Assembly (NCBI GenBank): GCA_951406725.2
Contig: OX597815.1
Span: forward strand, 57,226,001 to 57,290,000
Direction of reading: 5' to 3'
DNA length: 64,000 nt
From: Octopus vulgaris
Lineage: Eukaryota
Part shown: piece by piece, positions 28,425 to 41,300 of the stretch
How the letters are laid out: the number at the start of each line of letters is the position of its first letter
How positions within the stretch are numbered: position 1 is the stretch's first letter
Program-made: the position numbers and the translations under genes
Notes under the pieces: generated by a model
The model's database searches: none
Told to the model about the DNA's origin: nothing
Seen by the model: only the letters and a program-made list of their open reading frames with translations

Positions 28425-29154
28425 ATCTATGCATATATGCATGTATGAATATATGTATGCATGTATAAATATATGTATCTATGTATTCACTTACGTATGT
28501 ATGTAAGGTCATGTATGCATGTATGTAGGTAGGTATGTCTGTATGTTGATACGTATGTATGTAGGAATGTATGTATGTATATACATAGGTATATTCACAT
28601 CTGCATATTTGTATGCATGTATGTATACAAATGTATGTTTGTATGCATGTATGTATGCAGGTATATATGAATGTTTGCATGCATGTATACATTAAGTATA
28701 ATTATTTGTATGTATGCATTTATGTATGCATGTAGTATGCATGTATGTTTCCATGCACGTATCTATGTACGTATTTATTTGTGTCTGTATGTATATATGC
28801 ATGCCTGTATGAATTTATGTGTGTATGCATACAAGTATGTTGTATACATACACACATAAACACATTGTGTCTGCATGCATGTAGGTATGCATGTATGCAT
28901 GTATGTATACATATGTATATAAGTATGTATGTATGTATGTATGTATGTATGTAGGCATGCATGTATGAATGTATGTATGAATGTATTATGTATGCATGTA
29001 TGTATGAATGTATGTATGCAGGTGTGCAACTATGAACGTATTTTCAGTGAACTTTGTAGACATTTGTTACGTAATTTTCGGTAAATAAAAGTTTTCAGAA
29101 ATCAAAATGTGACAAAATATTGCAAATAGGCAAAATATTGCAAATATGCTTGTA

Positions 29155-30297
29155 CTAGCAGCATAGCCCGGCGTTGCCCGGGTATGTAAGAGCCCCTAGT
29201 AGGCAACGACTAATCCCAATCTAGTCCTTTCCCTCTAGGGAATGAAGGCGCATGTATAGGTTGCAATGTCTTCTCTTCACTCCCAAATAACTATCAAACA
29301 GCTATCGATAATTCAACCCAACCAATTGCTACCAGGAAGAAATTACATTCGAGACTTTACCCCCAACACTAATAGCTGCTGCAGCCGCAAGTTATTCGAA
29401 TACTTTTTTTGTTTAAACTTTCTTTATAACTACCACCCCAAACGTTTTACCTTAAATTTTTGACGTACCCTAAGGGTCCTCGGACGCTACTTGCAAACAC
29501 TTGGTTTATTATAAACCGCTTTTGTCGTGTGCACCAAAAAACCTTTTCCATTCGTTTTTTCAGTTTTGACTTTTTCGTTGTTGTCACTCACATTGCTGCC
29601 CGCTTTTTTGCCGTTTTTGTACATTTTTATACATTTTGGGATACTTACCCCACGTGTTCCGAGAGTTAAAAAGGTCGAGTTGCGTCCCCTAGACAGTCTG
29701 TGGTTTGTGTTTAATACACAAATCGGTTTGCTATGTGTGCCACATATGATTTAATTAACCGATTTTTTCCAGTAATAAAGTATCATATTGGAATAAAAAG
29801 GGCCATATAGCTCATTGGAGCAGACATGATGCTCGCTGTGAATTTAAAAAAAAATTCCTGCCAATTTGTGAAAGATATTGTCGAAAATATGTCATCTTGA
29901 ATTTGAACGCGATTTCCCAAAATGGCATGATTTTATCGATTTTTTCTGATGGTAAGGTATTGCATGGAAAACTAACGTCAGAACTAAGTTTCTTAGGGTA
30001 ACATTAAGCTTCACCATGAGTTTGGTGAAAATCGATTGCAAGTTTCGAAAACTACAACAGAAAATGTGTTGCATATAAAAAGCTTAGATTCTCGACCCCA
30101 AGTCGAATTTATCGATTCTTTTCAGAACTGGGGGAACTTTTCAAAATTTTCGCTGCGTTAGTTTTGAATTATGACATTGGGCTATGTGTGTGTCAAGTTT
30201 CATCGGAATCGGTTGAAAGCCGTGGTCAGGGTGAGGGTACAACCTAACAGACACACAGACATACAGACAGACAAACTGCCGTTTATATATAGAGAGA
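29155..30297 (-). mobile_element. Non-autonomous Helitron
   Basis: Minus strand starts A|TCTCTCTATATATAAA with (gtct)n and ends cccgggcaacgccggg hairpin + CTAG|T. Confidence 0.8.
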
Positions 30298-32173
30298 TAC
30301 ATCATAATTACCTGCAGTTATGCATGCAAGCATGCATACATTCCTACATACATGCATACATACATACATGCATGCATACATTCATGTGCGCATGTATATA
30401 TGTACCTATGTATGTATGGATGTATGTAAGCATAGATGTATGCATGTATGTAAGAATATATTTATGCATGTATAAATATATGTATGTGTCTCTGCATTCA
30501 TTTACATACGGATGTATGTAGATATATATTTGTATGTATGTATGCATGTATGTAGGTATGTATGTATGTTGATACGCATGTATGTATGAAGGAATGTATG
30601 TATTTATGAATGTATGTATATATATACATATTTATGCATGTTTGCTTGTATTCACATCTGCATGTATATATAGTATGTATGTATATATGTTTGTATTTCT
30701 ATAGGTATGTAGGTATTTATGAATTTATATATACTTGTATGTATGTATTTATGTATGTATGTATGTATACATAGATACATATTCATATATGCAATTATAC
30801 ATGTATGTAGTTATACGTGTATGTATGCATATACGTATGTATATATGCATGCATGTATTTTGTTATGCAGGTTTATACATATCTGTGTAATGTATATATG
30901 CATGTATGTTTGTATGCATACATACATACATATTCACATATGCAATTATACTGTATGTAGTTATCCGAGTATGTATGTATGCATATATGTATGTATATAC
31001 GTAGACATGTATGCATACATGTATGTTTGTATGTATGTAGATATGCATGTATGTATGTAGGTACATGTATGTCGGCATGCATGTACGCATCCATGCATGT
31101 AGGTATGCATGTATGCATGCATGTACTTATGTAGCTCTTATTATAAAAGGCAGATTTTATCTGCCTCCCTTTGTCTCTTATAGAAATCTACAATATATGA
31201 TTTCTTCAATTACAATTTACCTAGCATTTTTAAGAGTAGAATGCATCGGGTCGTGCCAGGTCCGGTTTTCAAATTTCAACCCCAATTAAGCAAAATTTAG
31301 AGAAAACTCACATTGTGGTGTGTCAGTCAAGTGCTTTTCTTAGTGTGGGCTACAGCACACGCACACGCACACACACACAAACGGAGCGAACTGCTTCACT
31401 GATGCTATCACCCTAATTTCTCATCCTTTCTCTTTGCAAGTGTGCAACGATTAAAATGAAAGTATTTATATAAAACGAGAGAAGTGTACCTCAAAAAAAA
31501 AGGCAACACAGCAAACAGAAACAAATAAATACATAACGATTTACTAAAAACACAATTTCTTCAATTAGAGTTTACCTATGATTTTTCAAAGTACTTCCAT
31601 TCGGTCATGGCATACAAAATTTCTTTCAATTTCACCCCCATTTCAGAAAAAATTCAGACACGCAAATATATAAATAAAATTGTAAGCTAACGTGTGTGTG
31701 TGTGCGTGTGTGTGAGTGTGTGTGTGTGTGTGCGTCTGTGTGTGTGTGAGGGTGCGTGTGTGTCTGTGTGTGTGTGTGCGTGTGTGTGAGTGTGTGACAG
31801 GGATGAGCAAGTCAAACTGGTCATCCTTTTTGCTAGATCACCTAACATCTAAAGTTATCTCTAAGTAGCAGACGCCCAAAAGTGTATATAGACACACACA
31901 TGTATGTATAATGTGTGTGTATGTATTTCCATAGAGGTAACCATTCACTCCATACAAAGTTATTTAGGACGAATTGGACGAATATAAGATCTAAAGTATA
32001 TCCAAGTAGCAGAAAGATCGCCCAAAAGTGTATATAGATATTTAAATGTATTTATATATTCATCTATACATGTATGTATATATTCATCTATACATGTATG
32101 TATAATGTGTGTGTATATATTTCCAAAGAGGTAACCATTCACTCCGCACAAAGTTTTTTAGGTCGGACGAAAA

Positions 32174-33009
32174 TCTTTATATATAAAAGAAAGGTTGTGT
32201 GTCTGTCTACTCCGATTTAGATTCCTAACTACTCCCACATTTTGCGATGCAGTTTAACCAAAACCGAGTATCTTATAGTCGTGATTCATATCGAGCCCTT
32301 CTGGGTATTAGCGCGCGTCTACGATGAGTCTACGATTTTACAAATAATTTACTATCATTTTCTCCCATTTTAATGCATATTTTTTTAATAAAGGGAAGTA
32401 ACTCTCAAACTTCACACCAATATGCGTGCTCATATGCGACATCAGCAGCATTTCCTCACACCCACCTTGCACTTGGCGATGGCAAAATACCAGGGGATGA
32501 AAATGGTAATATTGCCATCGATTCCATTTGTACCATTGTTAAGACGCCTTCTGATCTCAGAGATGCAGTGTTCCAAGATCTACAAGCTAATTATCAGAAT
32601 ATGGATTGGATTGGCCAAAAGGCTATACTGGCCCCGAGGAATAAAAATGTTCACCATATTAATGATGAAATGCTAAAACTCATTCCTGGGGAAGTCTATG
32701 TATATCAGTCTATCAATACAACTCCTGACCCACAGGACGTCATCAACTATCCAATAGAGGTACTCAATTCCTTTGAGCACCCCGGACTAACACCACACAT
32801 TCTCAAACTTAAAGTTGGTGCCCCTATAATGCTCATCAGAAATTTGGTTCCCCCAAAACAATGCAATGGCACACGGTTGATCGTTAAGTCCTTATCTCCC
32901 AGCGTAAACTTATATCAATATTTGCCTGAATAATCATCATAATTCAGTGCAATCATTAACAGTACTTTCAAGCAATTCAGCCCCGAGCAACGCCGGGCAA
33001 TTCTGCTAG
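32174..33009 (+). mobile_element. Deleted Helitron retaining a PIF1-like helicase fragment
   Basis: A|TCTTTATATATAAAA start; KAILAPRN...PHILKLKVGAPIMLIRNL...CNGTRLIV; cccgagcaacgccggg hairpin + CTAG|T. Confidence 0.88.
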
Positions 33010-33123
33010 TCCATGAATGTATGTATAAATATATATATGCATTTATGCATATATGTATGTATGTATATATGCACATATGTATGAATGCATGTAAGTATGT
33101 ATATGTAAGTATGTATATGTATT

Positions 33124-33173
<50 letters not shown>

Positions 33174-36100
33174 CGTATGTAGGTATGCGTCTACGTAAGT
33201 ATGCATGTATATATGCATACTTACGTAGATGCAATATATAATATATACATGTATGCATACATATATGCATACATACAAACATATATGGATACATACATGC
33301 ATACATATATATATACACATAATTGCATACGTACATACATATCTGCATATATACATGCAAACCTACCTATACATACATATCAACATAACTACATACGTAT
33401 TCATATATAGATACATATATATACGCATACATAGATTTATACATAGATACATACATGTATAACTATTTACATACATACATACATGTATACCTAAATACAT
33501 ACATACATGCATACAAATATACATATATACACACATGCATACATATATACACATTTTACAGTTTTAGATAGATACCTATATACAAAAATGCATACCAGCA
33601 AAAATACATTCATAAATTAATACAGACATGCATACATGCATACCTACATGCATGGATGCGTACATGCATGCAGACACAATGAATTTATGTGTGTATGCAT
33701 ACAACATACTTGTATGCATACACACATAAATTCATACAGGCATGCATATATACATACAGACACAAATAAATACGTACATAGATACGTACATGCATACATG
33801 CATACATACATGCATACAAATATGCAGTAGGTGAATATACATATTTATATATACATACATACATACGTATCAACATACAGACATACCTACCTACATACAT
33901 GCATACATACAAACATATATATTTACATACATACGTAAGTGAATACATAGATACATATATTTATACATGCATATATATTTATACCTATCATACACGCATC
34001 GACAGGTATATATATATACATACGCATGTATGTATGCATGCATATATGCATGTATGTATGAACGTATGTTTGTATGTATATATTTATGTATATATCTATG
34101 TGTGCATTTACGTATGTATCTAAATATAGATGTATGTATGCACGTATTCATGTATGTATGTTGATATGCATGTATATATGTAGAAATGTATACATCTCTG
34201 TATGCATGTTTATGTATTCACATATGCAATTATATATGTATATATGCAGGTACGTAAGTATGTATGAGTCTATGTATATATGTGCATGTCCGTATGTACG
34301 TATATGTGTATGAATGTATGTAGGTATGCATATGTGTGCGTGTCCGTATGTACGTATGTGTGTATGAATGTATGTACGTAAACATGCATATCAAGATACC
34401 TAACTACTTACATACATTTATACGGCTACGTCCTCGCGTACGTGGGTGATACCGCTAGCTTAGGTTCGTCCCTTCGATATTGGGCACGGTAACGCGGCGG
34501 AACAACGGGCGACCGGTGCAGGCCTTCCGCGGCGCGTACTCGAAAGGTGAAAGCAAGATGGCGTGAAGGCGGAGGTCAGCCGACGGGATGACGGCGTCTT
34601 AAGCTGACGTGTCAAGCAGCTTGACGAACGATGCCGAAGACATCCACCTGCTGACTGCTAGCACTCAATATAGTCTGGACACCCTTGGGGTGCGACGGTC
34701 TGTCGCGGCTACGTTTGTGACACTGCGAGCTTCGATTCGGTTTTACTAGATCGGGCACGGTAACGCGGCGGTGCTCCAGGCGACTGTCGCAGGCCTGGTG
34801 CAACTGTACCGCTTGCGACCCCTACCTATACTAGCCGCAGTTGTCGTTGTATCGACCGTATATGTATCTCGTGACAGCCTTCCGGTATCTCTCGCGGGTA
34901 CGTCCACGTGTACGTGGGCGATACCGCTAGCTTAGGTTCGTCCTTTCTATATTAGGAACGGTAGCGCGGCGGAGCCCAAGGCGACTGGTGCAAGCCTGCC
35001 ACAGGCGGCCCCTACATATACAAGCCTCAGTTGCCATCTTTCGGGAATTTACGCGATGGAACACGTCGCTATATCGGCCGCTTGTATCTCGTGACAGCCT
35101 CCCGGCTACAGTCGCGGCTACGTCTACGCTGGTGGGCGATCACGCGAGCTTAGGTTCGTTCTTTCTATAATGGGCACGGTAGCACGGCGGAACAACGGGC
35201 GACCGGAGCAGGCCTACCACTGACGGCCCTGCGGCGATTAGTCGAAACGTGAAAGCAAGATGGCTTGAAGTCGGCGGCCACATGCCGGGCTCACGGCGTC
35301 TTAGGCTGACGTGTCAAGCATCTTGACGAACGATGCCGTAGACATCCACCTGCCGAATGCTAGCCCTCAATATAGTTTGGACCCCCTTGGGGTGCGCCGG
35401 ACACATAGAGCGTGACTATAGGTACATATCGCCACAGACGCCCGGCGACTGAAGGGATTGGTCGCGGTTTCGTCCACGTGTACATTTGTGATACCACGAT
35501 CTTCGATTCGGTCTCACTTGGTGGGGCACGGTAGCGCTGTACGACCGCGTGTATCTCGTGACAGCCTTTCGGCATCGGTCGAGGGTACGTCCAAATGTAC
35601 GTGGGCGATACCACTGGCTTCGATTCGTTCTTTCTATATCGGGCACGGTAACGCGGCGGAGCTCCGGGCGATTGGCGCAGGGTTGCCGTTGTCGGCTCCT
35701 ACCTTTATTAGCCGCAGTTGTCATCTTTCTGGAATTTACGCAAGGAACACGCCGCTGTATCGACCGCTTGTATCTCGTGACAGCCTTCCGGCATCGATCT
35801 CGGGTACGTCCACGCGTACGTGGGTTATAGCGCGAGCTTAGATTCGTTCTTTCGAAATCAGGCACGGTAGCGCGGTGGAGCAACGGGCTACCGGCGCAGG
35901 CCTGCCGCTGGCGGCCCCGCGGCGCGTAGTCGAACATGGAGAGCGAGGTGGGGTTAAAGTGGCGGCCACCCGCCGGGCTCACGGCGTCTTAGGCTGACAT
36001 CTCAGACATCATGCCGAACGATCCCGGAGACATCCACCTGCCGACTGCTAGCACTCAATATAGTCTGAACACCCTTGGGGTGCGACGGTCACCTGGAGTT

Positions 36101-37363
36101 TGACTATCCAGCGTTGGCCGACCCGTAAGCTCATGGGTCTGTTTCCGTTGACTTACGGGTTGGACCACTTCGTTGTATTTACCCGATGCATATCGCCATA
36201 GACTCCCGGCGACTGAAGGGATCGGTCGCGACTACGTCCACGTGTACGTTTGTGATACCGCGAGCTTCGATTCGGTTTTACTAGATCGGGCACGGTAACG
36301 CGGCGTAGCTCCGGGCGACTGGCGCAGGCCTGGCGCAACTGTACCGCTGGTGGCCCCTACCTATAGTAGCCGCAGTTGTCATTTTCGGGAATTTACGGGA
36401 CGGACCACGTCGCAATATCGACTGCATGTATCTCGTGACAGCCCTCCGGTATCTCTCGCGGGTACGGCCACGCGTACTTGGGCGATACCGCTAGCTTAGG
36501 TTCGTTCTTTCGATATCGGGAACGGTAACGCGGCGGAGCCCAAGGTGACTGGCGCAAGCCTGCCGCAGGCGGCCCCTACCAATGCAAGCCGTACTTGCCA
36601 TCTTTCGGGAATTTACGCGAAGGAACACGTCTGTGTATGGACCGCGTGTATCTCGTGACAGCCTTCCGGCATCGGTCGCGGGTACATCCACATGTACGTG
36701 GGCGATACCCCGAGCTTAGGTTCGTTCTTTCGATATCGGGCATGGTAGAGCGGCGGAGCAACATGCGAGCGGCGCAGGCCTGCCGCTGGCGGCCCCTCGG
36801 AGCGTAGTCGAACGGTGAAAGCAAGGTGGAGTGAAGGCGGCGGCCACCCGCCGGGCTGACGGCGTCTTAGGCTGACGTCTCAGGCTTCGTGCGTCGTCGA
36901 TAACACCGATAACACACGGACACACACACTCGTGGTCTTCGTCGATAACGTCGTATACTACTCAGACTCTTTACCTGCCGACCGACCGGCCGCACTCGTG
37001 CTCGATACCTCTCCCGACGACCGAGAACTCGCCCGAACAGGATGGCTCGGAGGTACACGACTTTTATTTTACGTCAGGTTCCTCAGCATAAACCGATCAC
37101 CCAGTGTACGCGCACAGTTACGAGCTGGCGTTTCTTCTACTTCTCATTTAGACGAGCGCATGACGATGCGTGCTCGATTCCGGGGGTAAGACGATGAAGA
37201 CGATTACGACGACCGCTAAGTCGTTCGCCGCCGCAAACACTTCGTCGCCCCACCCGACCATCGCGATCAACGAACGGCGGAGGATAACGACGCCACCTCC
37301 GCCACTTGATCGCGCTTTAGTTTGCCATCTTTCGCACCTCACCTCCTCCTTCCGCCTCGAAGG

Positions 37364-37928
37364 GACGAATCGTGTCGTTCGCGAGAAGCGACTCAATAAA
37401 TCGCACTGTGGTAGCTGCTCTACTAAGCACGTCATACCGAACGGCAAGTCGAATCGTCTGCAAGCGATCCCTTTCGTCTCGATCTCTTCGAACGAGTCAG
37501 AGCGGGCCGCGTAGACGACGACGACGGAGCCACCGCCGGCGACGCTGCCGCTCGCCGCGCGAACGCGACGGGCGGACGGCGAACGCCGAGCTAAGCCATG
37601 CGCTTTGAGGTTGAGACGCTTTTGGAAAACAACTCGTGTCCAGCTACGGTTCCGGCTTAGAGGCGTTCAGCCGTTATCGCTCAGACGCAGCCTGGCCCCA
37701 CCGCTCTATCGAGTGAGTGAGCAAACCGTTGCTCTAATCATGCGGTTCCTCTCGTACTGGACGGGATAACCGTAGACGAATTGACGTTGCTGACGCCCGC
37801 CTAAGGTCGGCCGGAGAAGCGGCGGCGGCAGCCACGACGGACGACGCGCGAGCGCTCCGCCGCCTAAGCGCACGCCGAGAACCCCGACGCGACTCGGGGC
37901 GCCGCGTACGCGCGATGCATCGGTAGGA

Positions 37929-37975
<47 letters not shown>

Positions 37976-38058
37976 GTTAGTGGGTGAACAATCCAACGCT
38001 TTGAGAATTCTGCCTCGCAATGATAGGAAGAGCCGACAACGAAGGATCAAAAAGCGAC
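37364..38058 (-). rRNA. 28S: 28S rRNA 3'-terminal fragment (orphan/pseudogene)
   Basis: Reverse complement contains gtcgctttttgatccttcg..gtcggctcttcctatcattg, gagctgggtttagaccgtcgtgagacaggttagttttatcctac, the sarcin-ricin loop agtacgagaggaacc (37744-37758) and ctgaacgcctctaag. Confidence 0.93.
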
Positions 38059-38088
38059 ATCAAGAGGCGGGCAAAATCGGACGTCCAG

Positions 38089-38187
38089 AGGCGGGCGAAG
38101 GCGGGCGAAGGCGGGCGAAGGCGGGCGAAGGCGGGCGAAGGCGGGCGAAGGCGGGCGAAGGCGGGCGAAGGCGGGCGAAGGCGGGCG
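38089..38187. repeat. (GCGGGCGAAG)n 10-bp minisatellite, 9+ copies
   Basis: Perfect tandem copies. Confidence 0.97.
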
Positions 38188-38307
38188 TGAAGATGCGGGC
38201 GAACGCAGCGTCTGAAAGGCGGGCGGTGTGGCGGCGGAAATTCGAGGATGCGCCAGCCGTGTAGAGTCGATCTTGCACCGGCAAACGGGGAGCTAACCGT
38301 TGGCAGA

Positions 38308-38337
38308 AATACGCTACCGGAGCTGGAATTACCGCGG
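38308..38337 (-). rRNA. Short 18S rRNA-like fragment (530-loop region)
   Basis: Reverse complement ccgcggtaattccagctccggtagcgtat matches conserved 18S ccgcggtaattccagctccaatagcgtat. Confidence 0.6.
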
Positions 38338-41300
38338 AAATGGGCGACGAGAAAATCCCTTTCAGACGGTCACCTATGCCGATCAGCCACAACCCTACAT
38401 AGTAGTCTGGACCCCCTTGGGATGCGACGGTCACCTAGAGCGTGACTATCCAGCGGGGGGCGACCCACAAGCTTACGGGTCTGATTATTTTAACTTACGA
38501 GTCTGACCACGTCGCTGTATTTACCCGGTGCATATCGCCACAGACTCCCGGCGACTGACGGCGTTGGGAATTTACGGGATGGACCACGTTAGTGTATCGA
38601 CAGCGTGTATCTCGTGACAGCCTTACGGCATCGGTCGCGGGTACGTGTACGTGGGCGATACCCCGAGCTTAGGTCCGTTCTTTCGATTTCGGTAACGTTA
38701 GCGCGGTGGAGCAACGGGCGACCGGCGCAGGCCTGTCTCCGGCGGCCCCGCGACGCATAGACGAACGGAGAAAGCAAGGTGGCGTGAAGGCAAGCGGCCA
38801 GCCGTTGGGCTGACGACGTCTTAGGCTGACGTCTCCGGCATCATGCCTAACGATCCCCGAGACATCCACCTGCCGACTGCTAGGCCTCAATATAGTCTGG
38901 ATCCTTTTGGGGTGCAACGGTCACCTACAGCGTGACTATCCAGCGTGGGCAGACCCGTCAGACCCGCCGCAGTGACGTGGTCCGTCCAGTAAATTCCCGA
39001 AAGATGACAGCCAGAGGCATGGTTGCACCAGGCGTGCGCCAGTCGCCCGGAACTCTACCGTGCCCAATCAAGTAAGACCGAATCAATGCTCACGGTATCA
39101 CAAACGTACACGTGGGCGTAGCCGCGACCGATCCCGTCAGTCGCCGAGAGTCTGTGGCGATATGCACCGGGTAAATACAACGACGTGGTCCGACCCCTAA
39201 CTTAACGGAAACCGACCCGTGAGCTTATGGGTCGGCCCACGCTTGATAGTCACGCTCTAGGTGAACGTTGCACCCCAAGGGGCTCCAGACTATATTGAGG
39301 GCTAGCATTCGGCAGGTGGATGTCTCTTGCATCGTCCGTCAAGATGCCTGACTCCTCAGCCTAAGACGCCGTGAGCCCGGCGGATGGCCGCCGCCTTCAC
39401 GCCATCTTGCTTTCACGTTTCGATTAATCGCCAAAGCTCCTCCGCGCTACCGTGCATGATCTAGTAAGTACGAATCGAAGCTAACAGTATCGCCGATGCA
39501 CACGTGGGGAGTCTGTGGGGATATACACCGGGTAAATACAACGACGTGGTCCGACCTGTAACTTAACGGAAACAGACCCGTGAGCTTACAGGTCGGCCCA
39601 CGCCGGATAGTCACGCTCAAGGTGGCCATCGCACCCCAAGGGGTTCCAGACTATATTGAGGGCTAGCTGTCAGCAGATGGATGTCTCCGGCATCGATCGT
39701 CAAGATGCCTGACACGTCAGCCTAATACGCCGTCAGCCCGGTCACTGCGGCTAGTATAGGTAGAGGCCGCCAGCGATAGGCCTGCGCCAGGCCTACGCCA
39801 GGCCTGCGCCAGTCGCCTGGAGCTCCGACGCGCTACCGTGCCCGATATAGAAAGAAGGAATCGAAGCTAGCGGTATCGCTCACGTACACGTTGACGTAGC
39901 CGCTCAATATAGTTTGGAACCCCTTGGGATGCGACGGTCAACTAGAGCGTGACTATCCAGCGTGGATCGACCCGTAAGCTCACGGGTCTATTTCCGTTAA
40001 CTTACGAGTCGGTCCGCGTCGTTGTATTTACCAGGTGCATAGCGCAACAGACTCAGGACGACTGACGGGATCGGTTGCGGTTACGTCCACGTGTACGTGA
40101 GCGATACCGCTAGCTTCGATTCCTTCTTTCTATATCGGGCACGGTAGCACGGCGGAGCTCCGGGCGACTGGCGGAGGCCTGGCGTTTACCTGGCGCAGGC
40201 CTTGCGTAGGCCTGTCGCAGGCCTCTACCTATACTAGCCGAATAGTCGAACAGGGAAAACATGGCGCAAACCCACCTCTGGCGGCCCCTACCTATACTAG
40301 CCGCAGTTGTCTTCTTTCGGGAATTTATGGGACGGACCACGTCACTGTAACAACCGCTTGTATCTCGTGACAGACTTCGGCATCGGTCGAGGGTACGTCC
40401 ACATGTAACGTGGGCGATACCGCAAGGTGAGGTTCGTTCTTTCGATATCGGGCACGGTAGCGCGGCCGAGTAACGGGCGGACGGCGCCGGCCTGCCGCTT
40501 GCGGCCCCGCGGCGCGTAGTCAAACGATGAAAGCACGGCGTCGTGAAGGCGGCGACCACCCGCCGGGCTAACGGCGTCTTAGGCTGACGTCTCAAGCATC
40601 TTACCGAACGATCCCGGAGACATCCACCTGTCGACTGCTAGCCCTCAATATAGTCTGGACCCCCTTGGTGTGCGACGGTCAACTAGAGACTTACTATCCA
40701 GCGTGGGCCGACCCGAAAACTCGCGGGTCGTTTTTCGTTAACTTATTGGTCGGACCACGTCGTTGTATTTACCAGGTGCATATCGCAACAGACTCCCGGT
40801 GACTGACGGGATTGGTCGCGGCTACGACCACGTGTAACATGGGCGATACCGCTAGCTCCGATTCGTTCTTTCTATATCGGGCACGGTAGCGCAGCGGACC
40901 TCCGGGCGACTGGGGCTGGCCTGCCGCTGGCGACACAGCGGCGCGTAGGCGAACAGGGAAAGCGAAGTGGCGTTAAAGCGGCGGCCACCCGCCGGGCTCA
41001 TGGTTTCTCAGGCTGACGTCTCAGACATCATGCCGATTGATCCCGGAGACATTCATCTGCCGACTGCTAGCCCTCAATATAGTCTGGAACCCCTTGGGGT
41101 GCGACGGTCACCTAGACCGTGACTATCCAGCCAGGGCCGACCCATCAGCTAACGGGTCTGTTTCCGTTAACTTATGGGTCGGACCACGTGCATATCGTCA
41201 GACTCTCGGCGACTGACGGGATCGGTCGCGGCTACGTACACGTGTGCATAGTTCTTACTAGATCATGCACGCTAGCGAGGCGGAGCTCCGGGCGACTGGC

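Larger units (their letters stand above)
27580..34418. repeat. Degenerate (TATG/CATA)n low-complexity region with inverted duplicated blocks
   Basis: ~27860-28900 is mirrored at ~33630-34415 (e.g. catagactcatac vs gtatgagtctatg; ttatttgtgtctgtat vs atacagacacaaataa). Confidence 0.75.

Noticed and set aside
2465-34313. Numerous Cys/Val/Tyr- or His/Thr/Ile-rich ORFs
   Set aside because: Translations of (TG)n, (TA)n and (CATA)n microsatellites.
35346-35368. cacctgccgaatgctagccct resembling an internal 28S motif
   Set aside because: Match is too short and gapped, and the flanks are not rRNA-like.
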